Part shown: in pieces, positions 8,934 to 18,664 of the stretch
How the letters are laid out: every line of letters starts with the position of its first letter
How positions within the stretch are numbered: position 1 is the first letter of the stretch
The notes under the pieces: generated by a model
What the model was told of the DNA's origin: nothing
The model's database searches: none
What the model saw: only the letters and a program-made list of their open reading frames with translations
IMG/VR virus record: IMGVR_UViG_3300011339_000112
Span: 1 to 29,408 of that record
Reading direction: 5' to 3' (one strand)
Length of the DNA stretch: 29,408 nt
From: a virus
Lineage: Duplodnaviria; Caudoviricetes
Made by a program: the position numbers and the translations under genes

Positions 8934-9455
8934 CTAAGAACCTGCGGTAGTTAATTGACCTGCCACAGTAGAGTTTACCTCTGGAGCAAGAGCCGGCTCT
9001 GCACCGGTGAATGTCAAAGTATAACCACTTCTATCACCTTCAGCCGTACCTGTACCTGCGCTACCGCCTGTAAGGTCTAAGCCTCTTGTTTTACCTAAGT
9101 ACCAGTACTTACCATTGTTATCTTTAACAACTGCTACTAAAGTGTTTTGAGCCAACAACAAGATTTCGTTTCTTGTATTCGCTTGTAATTTGTTTAAAAC
9201 GATAGTTAATTCTGGAGCATAGAAAACAGTTCCGTTTTGTACGTTTGCGTTTACGTTCTCAACTAATTGAGAAGTACCCTTAACAAGTTCGTACTTATAG
9301 AACTTCTTACCTGACGCCTTAACAAGAGCGGTAATAACGCCACTTGCTTCGGTAGTTGAGGTAATATCATTTTCAGCCGCAAAATAAACTTCAGTTATAC
9401 CACCTAAACTGTCTTTGCAGTCAAGAGTATAATTTTGTGTTAAAGCGCAAGGCAT
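8934..9455 (-). CDS. Putative major tail tube protein
   Basis: 173 aa; CKDSLGGI...GTVFY...VKDNNGKYW...GTG...DRSGYTLTFTGAEP pattern; follows the MCP. Confidence 0.7.
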   Translation of the reverse strand: MPCALTQNYTLDCKDSLGGITEVYFAAENDITSTTEASGVITALVKASGKKFYKYELVKGTSQLVENVNANVQNGTVFYAPELTIVLNKLQANTRNEILLLAQNTLVAVVKDNNGKYWYLGKTRGLDLTGGSAGTGTAEGDRSGYTLTFTGAEPALAPEVNSTVAGQLTTAGS

Positions 9456-9476
9456 ATTTTATGAAATTAATTAGTT

Positions 9477-9510
9477 TTAAAAAAGTGGGTGAGTGTATTT
9501 CAACTCACCC
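9477..9510 (-). terminator. Intrinsic terminator/hairpin after the major capsid gene
   Basis: GGGTGAGT/ACTCACCC 8-bp stem at 9487-9510, followed by a U-run on the mRNA. Confidence 0.75.
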
Positions 9511-9516
9511 TATAAA

Positions 9517-10470
9517 TTATGCAAGAACGAAAGCAGCAACTTCGTCAGGGAATGCGATATTCACACCCATCTTGAACTCTGCTACCCAGCGCACTTGGTC
9601 AGCCTCCTTAGCGTAAAAGATTTCAAATTTCTCCTCTTCGTTAAGTAGATCGGTACCTAAGAACAAGTTAGATAAACGCATAGCGTAAACCTTGTTAGCT
9701 CCGTTAAGACCTGCAACAGCTACAACTTTGATTGTAGTACCAGGAAGTATAAATTCGCTATCAGCTTTAACATCAATTTGATAATTGAAGCTACCGCTAT
9801 TCTTAAGAGCGATTGTGTAAGTACGGAATAAATCTTGACCGCAGAAGATAGTCATATCGTCAGCAGCTACAACTTTAGCCGGGATTGCTCTGTAAACACC
9901 ATCAAAGATAGAGATTACGTTAGCTGAAGTAATAGAAGATAATGGAGCGCCAGAGATAAAAGTAGAAGCGTTAGCAGCCACAACACCTGAAGCAGCACCG
10001 ATTAATTTAACAAGACCATCGAACTTGTTTAAGTTCACGTTTACACTTGAAGTGTCGCCTTGCCATAAAGCAGTTTCTAATTGTGCAGCGATAGTTTTAG
10101 CTTTCTTATCAGCAAATTCTTGCTCGAAAGGAATACTGTCGTACATAGAACCAGTAGGTAATGCTTTTTGTAAATACTTTGCTTCCAAATCTTTAGGACA
10201 TAAAGCTTCGTTTACTTTAATTTTACCTGGAGTTACAGTTCTTTGAGTGAATGTAGTAGAACCAGAAGCGTTGAAGCCACAAGTACCACCAGCTTGGAAA
10301 ATAGCATCAGTTTCCATGATGTTAATTTTCTCACTTGACTTAACTCCTACCATAACATTCCCGGCACTCTTAATAAGAGCAGCGGTTTTTGCACCTAATA
10401 CAGACGAAGTTACTAATAATGCTTCGTTTTCTTTTGTATAGTTTGCTAATGCAGATACATCAAAACCCAT
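9517..10470 (-). CDS. Major capsid protein (HK97 fold expected)
   Basis: 317 aa, after the protease and scaffold; NEALCPKDLE and ETALWQGD motifs; followed by a terminator. Confidence 0.85.
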   Translation of the reverse strand: MGFDVSALANYTKENEALLVTSSVLGAKTAALIKSAGNVMVGVKSSEKINIMETDAIFQAGGTCGFNASGSTTFTQRTVTPGKIKVNEALCPKDLEAKYLQKALPTGSMYDSIPFEQEFADKKAKTIAAQLETALWQGDTSSVNVNLNKFDGLVKLIGAASGVVAANASTFISGAPLSSITSANVISIFDGVYRAIPAKVVAADDMTIFCGQDLFRTYTIALKNSGSFNYQIDVKADSEFILPGTTIKVVAVAGLNGANKVYAMRLSNLFLGTDLLNEEEKFEIFYAKEADQVRWVAEFKMGVNIAFPDEVAAFVLA

Positions 10471-10482
10471 TTTATTTAATTT

Positions 10483-11073
10483 TTATTTGTTTAATAAAGC
10501 GTTTCTAAATTTTTCGATCCTTTCGTACTTCATATCTTTTGTAGTTACGTTAGAACCGAATGTGTTTTTTGGTTGCGCAATAGGTTCAGCGTTAGGTGTC
10601 TTTGTAAGTGCTTCTATAAGTTCAGCTACTTGACTAAAGCCATTTTTAACTTTTGCCTCTAATTGTGCTACTTGTGTTTTAAGATTTTCGTTTTCAAAAA
10701 CTAAAGCAGCGATTTCGTCTGCCATTTTCTCGTCCATTTTCTTACCCATTTCTGCAGGTGTTTCGTCAGCGATTTCCGCTTCTGCTTCTGGAGTTTCAAT
10801 AGATACGATTTTAGAAGTTTCGTCTAACTCGATTTGTGTTCCGTCTGCTAATTGGTGTTCGCCAGCAGGAGCAGGACTTCCGTCTGCTAATGTAACTTGA
10901 CCACCGATAGCAAGTTCGCTAATCATAACCTTAGTTCCGTCCATAAGGCTATATTCTGCAAATGTAACAGGTACCTCTTCGATAGGTGCAGGCGCAGGAG
11001 CTGGTGCTTCTACTACTGGCATCTCTTCGAACAAAGCCCTAATTTGCATAATGGCATCTTTTGCGTTCATCAT
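10483..11073 (-). CDS. Scaffolding protein
   Basis: Acidic and P/A-rich, with a PAPAGEHQLADG motif and C-terminal coiled coil; lies between the protease and the MCP. Confidence 0.75.
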   Translation of the reverse strand: MMNAKDAIMQIRALFEEMPVVEAPAPAPAPIEEVPVTFAEYSLMDGTKVMISELAIGGQVTLADGSPAPAGEHQLADGTQIELDETSKIVSIETPEAEAEIADETPAEMGKKMDEKMADEIAALVFENENLKTQVAQLEAKVKNGFSQVAELIEALTKTPNAEPIAQPKNTFGSNVTTKDMKYERIEKFRNALLNK

Positions 11074-11109
11074 TCTTTTTGTTTAAATATTAATAAAAGA
11101 TTTTGTTTA

Positions 11110-11694
11110 TCATTTAACTTGTTGCAATATTTCTTTTATTGCATTCATAAGTTCTTGCTCTTTGCTCGGCTTTGTCTTGTAAGTAAACAATCCTTCTACG
11201 CTAAAGCCTTTAAATTTACCTTCTTTAACATCGTTCCAAACGTCTTCGTTGTCTACTTTAAAGCTACCAAACCAGCTTCCGTCAGGTGCATCTTCAAAGC
11301 CTTTCATTGGTAAGATGCCTCTGCTTTCGTCTGTTATAAAGCTTTCAAACATAGTAACCCCGTCTACTTGTGCGTTAGGCGAGTGCATTAAGTTTACGTT
11401 TGACTGATACCCTTTTTTAAAGAACTTTTGAGCAATCTTAAAAATAGTGTCTTTAGAAAATACGACGTAATACTCGCCGTAAGTAGCATCGGAGCGAAAA
11501 ATTGGAACATCTGCCAGCATTAATGGGCCGCTTATAATACGCTTATCTTCACTAACTACTTCGAAGCGTTGTTGGTTCTTAAAGGCGTTCCAATTCTTTT
11601 GAATAGCGGGTCTGTCTACGAGTGCGACGTAATCTACCTCAGCATCGTCATTCATATCCTCGCTTATGTCTAATAAATAAATAGGTAAGTCCAT
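11110..11694 (-). CDS. Prohead protease, XkdF-like
   Basis: VALVDRPAI, NLMH, ESF, PDGSWF and W...VKEGKFKGFSVEG motifs. Confidence 0.85.
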   Translation of the reverse strand: MDLPIYLLDISEDMNDDAEVDYVALVDRPAIQKNWNAFKNQQRFEVVSEDKRIISGPLMLADVPIFRSDATYGEYYVVFSKDTIFKIAQKFFKKGYQSNVNLMHSPNAQVDGVTMFESFITDESRGILPMKGFEDAPDGSWFGSFKVDNEDVWNDVKEGKFKGFSVEGLFTYKTKPSKEQELMNAIKEILQQVK

Positions 11695-11729
11695 ATTCGT
11701 AAATATTAAGTTTTTTAAATTGTTATCAT

Positions 11730-13607
11730 TTAACCAAATCTTGCACGTTGCTGAATAGCTGCAATACGTTGCTGACTGCTCGTAACATCGCTTTCTACTA
11801 CATACGCTCTTGATGTTTGACTACCTATTGCGTTAATAGATTGACTATCTAAAGTTGTAGTTTGTGCTTGTGGAGTAGGTGGGGCAATCGGTGCTGATGC
11901 GTTTAAACTTGGTGCTGATACATTACCACCACCTGCGCTACCTGTTCCTGAAGCAGAAGGTATTTTAGTAGAAACTATCTTTTTAACGTTCATTAAACCT
12001 GCAGCGATTACGGCTGAAGCAGTTACAAAACCAAGAACACCGCCTTGACCTAAGGCTTTTGTCGCACCTTGATACGTATTAATAACTGCTTGAGCAACTG
12101 CTATGGCTTTACCTGCTACGCTATTTTGATCTATTACTGCGCTAATGGCATCTAAAGCAGTTTGAGTATCTGCTACTTTTTCGTCTAATCTTTTCTTGTC
12201 TTCAGATACAAGCCATTTGTCTAAAGCATTCTTATTTTCCGCAGCGGCCTTATTTGCTTCTTGTTGCTTTTGTATACCTTGCAAAGTAAAGTTTGTTGTA
12301 CTTGCTACAACCTTCATTTGCCCATCTATCCTTTCATTATCTATCTTTGCTTGTTTCTCCTTATCTTCTTTTGCTTGTGCTTCGTCTAAAGCTTTTATTT
12401 CTTTTTGTGTTAATATTTTAGAATTTTTAGCTATATTTTTTCTTTTGTCGTACTCAGCTAATAAATCTTCTGTATATTTCTTTTCGTCTGCAAGTTGTTT
12501 TTCAAGTCGAGCAGCTTCGTCAGTAGCTATCTTATCAGCGTTTGCTTTAGCAGTATCACTTGCTTGTTTATCTAAAGCTTGTACACTTAATTGATAACCT
12601 GCTCTTTTATTCTTTAAATCGTTTAACGTTTTATCTAAAGCAGCTATCTCTTCTTGTCCTTTTTTCTCTGTTTCTTTAGGGTCAAAAACTAAGCCTGATA
12701 ACTTTTCTGCTACGTTAAATTCGAAACCTTTGCCAAATACTTTTGCTACTTTATTAACTCCGTCAATAACTAACTGCAAAGGAGCAGTAACAAAAGTTAA
12801 TATGCCTTGTAGTATTTCTTTGTTTCTCTTCTCAGCTGATAACTGCGCTTGTAAAACTATCTTTTGTTGTGCTACTTGTTTTTCTGTTGCACTAATTACC
12901 TCTTCTGTCTGCTTAATCTTAATGCCTAAGATATCACGCTCCGACTTTCCTTGTAGTTTTAAGATGTTATCTTGACTATCAATAGTCGATAGCTTGTCTT
13001 GTTGTGCTTTAGCATCTGCTTTTGTATCTTCTAAAAGTTTTTTCTGTTCTTCACTGACTCCACCTACCGCTGCTTTAATATCGTCCCAATAAGCAACAAT
13101 CCCACCTAATGCTAATAATAGCGCACCAATACCTGTTGCGCCAATACCTGCTTTAACGGCTTGAAATGCCTTTGTTGCTCCTGCTCCTAAATCTTTAAAA
13201 GTAGATGTAATAGCACCTCTAAACTCTGCTATGTTCTGTACTGCATCACCGATAGCAAGTGCAGATTGTATTTTAGCTAATTGCTTAATAGTATCTTCTC
13301 CTGCAAGTCCTGTAAGTTCTAAAGCACCTTGAACACCACCATAAGCAGCCGATAACGCTGTAACTGTCTTAGCTGCATTATCAATACGCTGGTTATTCTC
13401 TTCTTGCTTTTGATTGCTTACTTCTTGTAACTGTTGCAATCGCTTCTGTGCAGCTTCTACTTCTTTACTATTCTCGCCGTACTGCTCACCAAGTTTTTCA
13501 ACTGATTGCGTAGTTTTATCTATTTCTGCCCTTAGTTCTTTTAGCGATTTAGTAGCATCGTTTGAGTTTACGCTTACGCTAAAGCCTATATTATTTTGCT
13601 CTGCCAT
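11730..13607 (-). CDS. Tape measure protein (625 aa)
   Basis: Coiled-coil, A/K/Q-rich, with hydrophobic G/A segments and a RAYVVESDV C-terminal motif. Confidence 0.8.
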   Translation of the reverse strand: MAEQNNIGFSVSVNSNDATKSLKELRAEIDKTTQSVEKLGEQYGENSKEVEAAQKRLQQLQEVSNQKQEENNQRIDNAAKTVTALSAAYGGVQGALELTGLAGEDTIKQLAKIQSALAIGDAVQNIAEFRGAITSTFKDLGAGATKAFQAVKAGIGATGIGALLLALGGIVAYWDDIKAAVGGVSEEQKKLLEDTKADAKAQQDKLSTIDSQDNILKLQGKSERDILGIKIKQTEEVISATEKQVAQQKIVLQAQLSAEKRNKEILQGILTFVTAPLQLVIDGVNKVAKVFGKGFEFNVAEKLSGLVFDPKETEKKGQEEIAALDKTLNDLKNKRAGYQLSVQALDKQASDTAKANADKIATDEAARLEKQLADEKKYTEDLLAEYDKRKNIAKNSKILTQKEIKALDEAQAKEDKEKQAKIDNERIDGQMKVVASTTNFTLQGIQKQQEANKAAAENKNALDKWLVSEDKKRLDEKVADTQTALDAISAVIDQNSVAGKAIAVAQAVINTYQGATKALGQGGVLGFVTASAVIAAGLMNVKKIVSTKIPSASGTGSAGGGNVSAPSLNASAPIAPPTPQAQTTTLDSQSINAIGSQTSRAYVVESDVTSSQQRIAAIQQRARFG

Positions 13608-15670
13608 TATATTACTGGATATTTTGTATTAATTACTTTGAGAAACGATAGTTTGGTGGTATTGTATTCCATTGGGTTAAAGTTTTCTACTTTATTAAGC
13701 CTAAATAATACACCGTCTATCCATACATACTTACTAAAATCTAAATTATAAACATCTACTATGTCAAGTAAGCCAAAACAAGTTAATAGTTTGCTATCTT
13801 TACTTGTAATCTCTGCAAGATAAGAACTATGAAATTCAGCAAATAAATTCTTTTCTGTAAAGTTAGCAGGTGCAAATTGTACTTCTTTAGGCGCACCAAA
13901 GTTAATATCGCTTGTAGAGTTAATCGGATCGTCTAAGTGTCCTGCATAACCGTAGCTTGTATAAGTACCTAAAGTAGATGCAGCATTCATAATCTTCCAA
14001 GAACTCACACCTGTTATTTTCTTTGTCTGCATTATGCGTATAATACTATCCATTCTATCTTCTGCACTATTAGTGTTTGACTTTTTATAGATAGCAGGAA
14101 AAACTTTGTCTTGTCCTGTTTCTTGATATAATACAGACGCAGCAAATATAACTTCTAAAGTATCTGTTTCTTTTACAAAGTCGAACTCAGTATCATATAT
14201 TAAATCGCCATATCCTTCTGTGTACTTCTTACGATAGTTTTCATTATAGAAGTCATTGTCTTGTTTAAACTTATAGTTATAATAACGAGCATTAACTTCA
14301 CTCATTGGCTTTATACTAATAGGCTTTGATCTATCTACTTTGTCTGTCCAATCTAAAGCGGTAGACGAATTAATAGGATAGAAATTGACATACGGACTAA
14401 TAATAAGTTCCTTATCATTAAACTTATTTTCATAAACATAAAGATTAAACATTTTAACAATGCTCAAAAAGAAATCTCTTTGAAATATACCTTTAGGGAT
14501 AGTATCGTTTACTTTAATTGTTTCGCCTAAATTAACTTGTACTTGCGTAGGTGTGCTTGTAGTAACACCTATTTCTCCCATTGTAATATTAAGAATAATT
14601 CCGTTACCTAATATTTCAACCTGCATTGTGTCAGTATTAGCAAACGTAACTCCACTAACTGTGAAGCTACAATTCATAAAGCTACTAACACTTGCATCAA
14701 AATCTTGTCTACCTATTTCGATGTTATTCTTTTTAAGTATAACTGAATAGTTTGGTAAAGGTGGATTATAGTAAGTAACGTTACCTCTTAATAAAACATT
14801 AATATCAGTTGTAATTGTTGCTCCTGGACCATATGTAAATAACTGACCTAATCCGTCAAGTGTAAAACTACCTGCCGTTACCATTGTATATTCTACAATA
14901 GAACTAAGGTTTGTGTTAATGGTAATTAATTTAGCAGCTGCGTTAAGGCTTACATTGTTTAGCGTTGTTATGTTTGTTTGGTTGTGCGGTATAATAAGCC
15001 TTTTAAATAAAGCACTATCAAAGAACGAGCAGTTAAAAGTGTAGTCAGTATCTGAAAATATTTTTTCTATATACTCTTTAACATACAAAGCAGGTCTAAA
15101 AGCAGTATATTGAAAGTCCTTTTTTAATACTCCGTATTGTCCTGTACTAACATTACCGTAATCAATAAGTGGGTAATAGTAACCAGAGCCAGCTGCGTTA
15201 TCCCAACTTGCGCTGATATTAGCTACACTGTAAGTGTGATTGTATGCGCTAAAATTCAAATCTTCTAAACGCTTATTTCCTAACTGATTAATAAAACCGC
15301 CAAGTTCACCGAACACGCTGCACTGGTATTCAATAGTTTCTTTGTCTATAACTATTTCCAAAATTCGTAAAGTGCCTTTAAATATCTGCACCTTATCAAT
15401 AAAAATTTTACAATTAGCTTGTTTAGTTACATTATAGTTATACCCTACGTTTGGCAAGTCAGGATAAGTTACGTTTGCGTTGTTAAGTTCGAAGATGTAA
15501 CCAAATACTAAGTTATTGTTAGCAGTACCTGGAATACTTATCGTTTTACTAAAAGAAGTATTACGACTACCGAAGTCGCTTACGTCGTCAATCGCATAAG
15601 TGAACTCAGTGGATATGTCTTGCAATAGATCAATCTTCTGCTCTTCAATATATATCTCTGTGCTTATCAT
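13607..15670 (-). CDS. Tail tip/baseplate hub-like structural protein
   Basis: SFSKTISIPGTANNN, YYYPLIDYG and FFLSIVKMFNL motifs; adjacent to the tape measure gene. Confidence 0.7.
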   Translation of the reverse strand: MISTEIYIEEQKIDLLQDISTEFTYAIDDVSDFGSRNTSFSKTISIPGTANNNLVFGYIFELNNANVTYPDLPNVGYNYNVTKQANCKIFIDKVQIFKGTLRILEIVIDKETIEYQCSVFGELGGFINQLGNKRLEDLNFSAYNHTYSVANISASWDNAAGSGYYYPLIDYGNVSTGQYGVLKKDFQYTAFRPALYVKEYIEKIFSDTDYTFNCSFFDSALFKRLIIPHNQTNITTLNNVSLNAAAKLITINTNLSSIVEYTMVTAGSFTLDGLGQLFTYGPGATITTDINVLLRGNVTYYNPPLPNYSVILKKNNIEIGRQDFDASVSSFMNCSFTVSGVTFANTDTMQVEILGNGIILNITMGEIGVTTSTPTQVQVNLGETIKVNDTIPKGIFQRDFFLSIVKMFNLYVYENKFNDKELIISPYVNFYPINSSTALDWTDKVDRSKPISIKPMSEVNARYYNYKFKQDNDFYNENYRKKYTEGYGDLIYDTEFDFVKETDTLEVIFAASVLYQETGQDKVFPAIYKKSNTNSAEDRMDSIIRIMQTKKITGVSSWKIMNAASTLGTYTSYGYAGHLDDPINSTSDINFGAPKEVQFAPANFTEKNLFAEFHSSYLAEITSKDSKLLTCFGLLDIVDVYNLDFSKYVWIDGVLFRLNKVENFNPMEYNTTKLSFLKVINTKYPVI

Positions 15671-16884
15671 TATCTAAATTGGCTTGTTAAGTACTTACCT
15701 ACTTCTACTTCGATTTCAAAGTTAAATAGCTTATCTGCGCTTTCTAACTTATACTCGTAGTTTGTTGTCGTTATTGTAACAGGAAAATAAGCACCAAGAA
15801 CTTCCATATACACAATAGGACTCGATACAAGTTGAGATAGCCAAGTATAATCTTGTTCACTAACCCAATCGCTTGTAAGCTTATATTTATCCTTATGCTG
15901 AATAGCATAGTTGAAAGTCGTTTCGTTATATCTGTTATATCCATCGATGTTTGTCATTTGTCCACCTACAAGCTGCCAATCGCTGCGCCTATATGATGCT
16001 CTTTGATATTCGCTTGACCTTCTATTAACAAGTGCAAACTTCTTAGTATCCCACCCGCCTAATCTATTTAAGAACTCCAGGTTAAATTGTTGGTATTTAG
16101 GATAGCACTTTTGTCTTATCTTGATAACCCTTGTCTGTGCTGCACCTCTTTTTAAATAGAAGTTATAGCCGTAAGTGTCTTCGTCTATAATCGTGCCTGA
16201 TGCCCAGTTGTTTATATGCCCTGCTTGTAAGTTAAATAAGTTAAATTGACCGCTTAGCGTTATGTTACCGCTCACTGTGTTAGTAACGACATCGCCTGCG
16301 CCTAAAACTTCAATCCAAGCAGAATACCCACCTGTTGCTATGCGCAAGAATGTGATATAAAAGTTATCGCCATATTCAAGCGTAATGTCGTCTGTATCAC
16401 GCTCAGTCAAAAAGTCATCTGTAAAATTCTCAAGTAGTAAGTTATCGTAATAGTCCGATAGTACTAATGGAGTTTTATTCTTTGTCAAGAATATGTCAGC
16501 AAACAATGGTGGCACGAAGTTGTATGCTGAGTAGCTGCCAGATGCTAAGTTAGTTGTAGTTACACCGCTAACCTCTTCACCTATTCTTACGTCATAATCG
16601 ACTTTTATCTTATCGTTTGAAGCTACGAGTATTGATGTACCTGAAGGCTCAAAGTAATTAGTTACAAAGCTGCGTACCATTGGAGATGCGTTAAACACCC
16701 CATAGCTACCTTCTGCACTCGGCGAAGGGAACACTTTTGATCTAATTACTTGACTCCCGTTAATGTAAACGTCGTACACGAACTTAAAGTTAGTTGTACC
16801 ACTATTAGTAGAACTTGAAACGAACCACAGATTATCGTGCATAGACGAATATGGTGCAGGACTACTTGTTATCGTTATAGCCAT
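15670..16884 (-). CDS. Tail structural protein (distal-tail-like)
   Basis: FLNRLGGWD and LTSDWV...LVSSPIVY motifs; beta-rich; within the tail operon. Confidence 0.65.
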   Translation of the reverse strand: MAITITSSPAPYSSMHDNLWFVSSSTNSGTTNFKFVYDVYINGSQVIRSKVFPSPSAEGSYGVFNASPMVRSFVTNYFEPSGTSILVASNDKIKVDYDVRIGEEVSGVTTTNLASGSYSAYNFVPPLFADIFLTKNKTPLVLSDYYDNLLLENFTDDFLTERDTDDITLEYGDNFYITFLRIATGGYSAWIEVLGAGDVVTNTVSGNITLSGQFNLFNLQAGHINNWASGTIIDEDTYGYNFYLKRGAAQTRVIKIRQKCYPKYQQFNLEFLNRLGGWDTKKFALVNRRSSEYQRASYRRSDWQLVGGQMTNIDGYNRYNETTFNYAIQHKDKYKLTSDWVSEQDYTWLSQLVSSPIVYMEVLGAYFPVTITTTNYEYKLESADKLFNFEIEVEVGKYLTSQFR

Positions 16885-17545
16885 TTGTTAATTGTCTTAT
16901 TTTTAATATAAAATCACCGCCTATAGCAGTTGCTATGTCATCTCTAAATTGTTGCTGAAAAAATACACGATTAGCTGCGTTATCGAAGTAGTATGTAGAT
17001 TTCAAACCTCTTTTGTGTATGCCTCGAGCAATTACAAAAGCTATGCTTCTGCTATCTCTTATCTGCTCTAATTCTACTCCAAGCTTTGTATACTTCTTAA
17101 CTGAAATAGACCTTAAATTGTTCTTTTGTATCCACGCTCTTATTGGCTCTATTGGAACAGTTTTATTAGGTTTACTGCTATCAAATTTAAAAGAATAAGG
17201 GCTACTTGCGTCTGCTTTCTTATTGTCTGTACCTTTTACCCCTTTATTGACAAATTTAAAGTATTCAAGTTGTTTGCTATTAGCTTCATACCCTACATAC
17301 AAAGTGTACTTAGTGCCAAACTTAACTACTTGTGGAATTGCAGGCTCGGCTAACGCTCCTGAACTTATCGACTTTGTTTTATATAAGTTAGCTACTATTT
17401 CGTCATTAAAGTACTTACCATATAAAGCAAGGGTTTCTTCTAAGATAGGTAAATCTACTTGGTCTCCAGAAGCATCAGGCTTCATACCCAGCTTTTGGAT
17501 ATACATATCTCTTAACGCTTGTATTTGTGCTTTTGCTATACTCAC
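16862..17545 (-). CDS. Putative neck/tail completion protein
   Basis: SSGAL, YFKFVNKGVKG and AFVIARGIHKRGLK motifs, resembling HK97 gp10-like neck proteins; GTG start. Confidence 0.6.
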   Translation of the reverse strand: MSIAKAQIQALRDMYIQKLGMKPDASGDQVDLPILEETLALYGKYFNDEIVANLYKTKSISSGALAEPAIPQVVKFGTKYTLYVGYEANSKQLEYFKFVNKGVKGTDNKKADASSPYSFKFDSSKPNKTVPIEPIRAWIQKNNLRSISVKKYTKLGVELEQIRDSRSIAFVIARGIHKRGLKSTYYFDNAANRVFFQQQFRDDIATAIGGDFILKIRQLTNGYNDNK

Positions 17546-17569
17546 GCAAATAAATATATCTAACGTCTA

Positions 17570-17600
17570 AAAATAACTAACCCCACCAAAATTGGCAGGG
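17570..17600 (-). terminator. Probable intrinsic terminator after the chaperone genes
   Basis: mRNA CCCUGCCAA-UUU-UGGUGGGG followed by UUAGUUAUUUUU. Confidence 0.65.
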
Positions 17601-17620
17601 TCGTTTGGGGTTTGGGGGTC

Positions 17621-17893
17621 TTATTTAAGTTTTCTATGCTGCTCTTTGTCGTAATCAGCTTTAGCTTTTAGATAAGATAGCGTGTTTAAGTATTGTATAA
17701 TATTTAGTTCGTAAGCTTCGTCTAACTTGATGTTTTCGTGGTCTGCAACAACCTTGGTCGAATACTGCCATCCAAAATCTCGCATAAAATTACTACCGCT
17801 TGGTCTGCCTGCTCCTTCGTCAACCCCTGCGTCGTCATCTCGTTTACCAAATAGTCCTTCGAAATTTCTATCCAATTTCTGTATACTTGATAA
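17621..17893 (-). CDS. Frameshift (T) extension of the tail assembly chaperone; predicted 252-aa GT fusion
   Basis: The -1 frame is open from the T9 run to the stop at 17621 (LSSIQKLDRNFEGLFG...FGWQYSTKVVAD...LSYLKAK). The track's start for this ORF is a TTG. Confidence 0.7.
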   Translation of the reverse strand, partial: LSSIQKLDRNFEGLFGKRDDDAGVDEGAGRPSGSNFMRDFGWQYSTKVVADHENIKLDEAYELNIIQYLNTLSYLKAKADYDKEQHRKLK

Positions 17894-18378
17894 AAAAAAA
17901 CAATCGAATTGTAAACATTGACAAATTTAGCTTCGAGCATATCGTCTGCGTACTTGCTATGATTAGCTGCGTCGTACTCTTGGTCTACCCATTTTCCATA
18001 CCAGGTTTTGCGCTGAGGTACTACCATTGATGCTGCAATCTTATGCAAGTTGCCTATCAAGTCAGTACTAAAAACCTTACTTTCAATATAACGAGCAGCT
18101 TTAATCTGGAACACATCATAAATAAACCTATATCGTGTGCCATTGATTTCTACATACTTAGAAGCTTCTCCTTTAATTTCGTCTTTTAAGAAGTCAAGCG
18201 TAGATCTAAGATTGTTAAACTGCATTACGCTTAGATTGTCTACTTGCGTATCTGTCATATTGTAGATTATACCTACAAGCTTACTTTCAATGTCTAAGTT
18301 AGACCAATCTTTATTAGGCTTTGTAACTATTGGGTAGATTTGTTGGTACTGCCAAACTGTTAATTCGTTCCAAGTCAT
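17722..18378 (-). CDS. Tail assembly chaperone (G-like, 218 aa)
   Basis: MTWNELTVWQYQ N-terminus and LHKIAASM motif; contains GTT TTT TTT TAT, a slippery site. Confidence 0.7.
   Translation of the reverse strand: MTWNELTVWQYQQIYPIVTKPNKDWSNLDIESKLVGIIYNMTDTQVDNLSVMQFNNLRSTLDFLKDEIKGEASKYVEINGTRYRFIYDVFQIKAARYIESKVFSTDLIGNLHKIAASMVVPQRKTWYGKWVDQEYDAANHSKYADDMLEAKFVNVYNSIVFFYQVYRNWIEISKDYLVNEMTTQGLTKEQADQAVVILCEILDGSIRPRLLQTTKTSS
17892..17901 (-). promoter_or_regulatory. Predicted -1 frameshift/slippage site (G followed by T9)
   Basis: T TTT TTT heptamer fits X XXY YYZ, and the -1 frame leads directly into the downstream ORF. Confidence 0.7.
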
Positions 18379-18563
18379 AATTTTTCTATTTCTCGGCGTA
18401 CTTCATACCAATAGCCTGATAGTATGCCTTCGTTAAATTTATCGTTTCTTATTTCGTCTACTGTTATTAATGCGCATTGTTTACATACTTCAAATTCAAC
18501 AGCTCCATTTAATAATACAAAATATTGGTCAACTAATTCCTTTGCCTTTTCTTTTCGTGTCAT
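18375..18563 (-). CDS. Small conserved phage protein (62 aa)
   Basis: MTxKEKAKELVD...KQCALIxVDEI...YWxEVxxEIEKL pattern, recognised from Bacteroidota phages; ATGA-coupled. Confidence 0.75.
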   Translation of the reverse strand: MTRKEKAKELVDQYFVLLNGAVEFEVCKQCALITVDEIRNDKFNEGILSGYWYEVRREIEKL

Positions 18564-18664
18564 TTGCGTAGTTTTAGCATTAACTCATAAGCAAGATGCC
18601 CACCTATGTAGCATAACGCTGCCAAAGGTAAGCAAATTGCAAAAAAGTATAATATTTTTATTAT
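18560..18664 (-). CDS. Possible 34-aa single-TM peptide with a non-ATG (ATA) start, or a decayed gene
   Basis: IIKILYFFAICLPLAALCYIGGHLAYELMLKLRK fills the gap exactly, with an ATAA overlap upstream and an ATGA overlap downstream. Confidence 0.4.
   Translation of the reverse strand: MIKILYFFAICLPLAALCYIGGHLAYELMLKLRK

Noticed and set aside
17593-17618. G-rich tract (possible G-quadruplex) / CCCCAAA tandem repeat
   Set aside because: Only three runs of three or more G, partly explained by the terminator stem; no further support.
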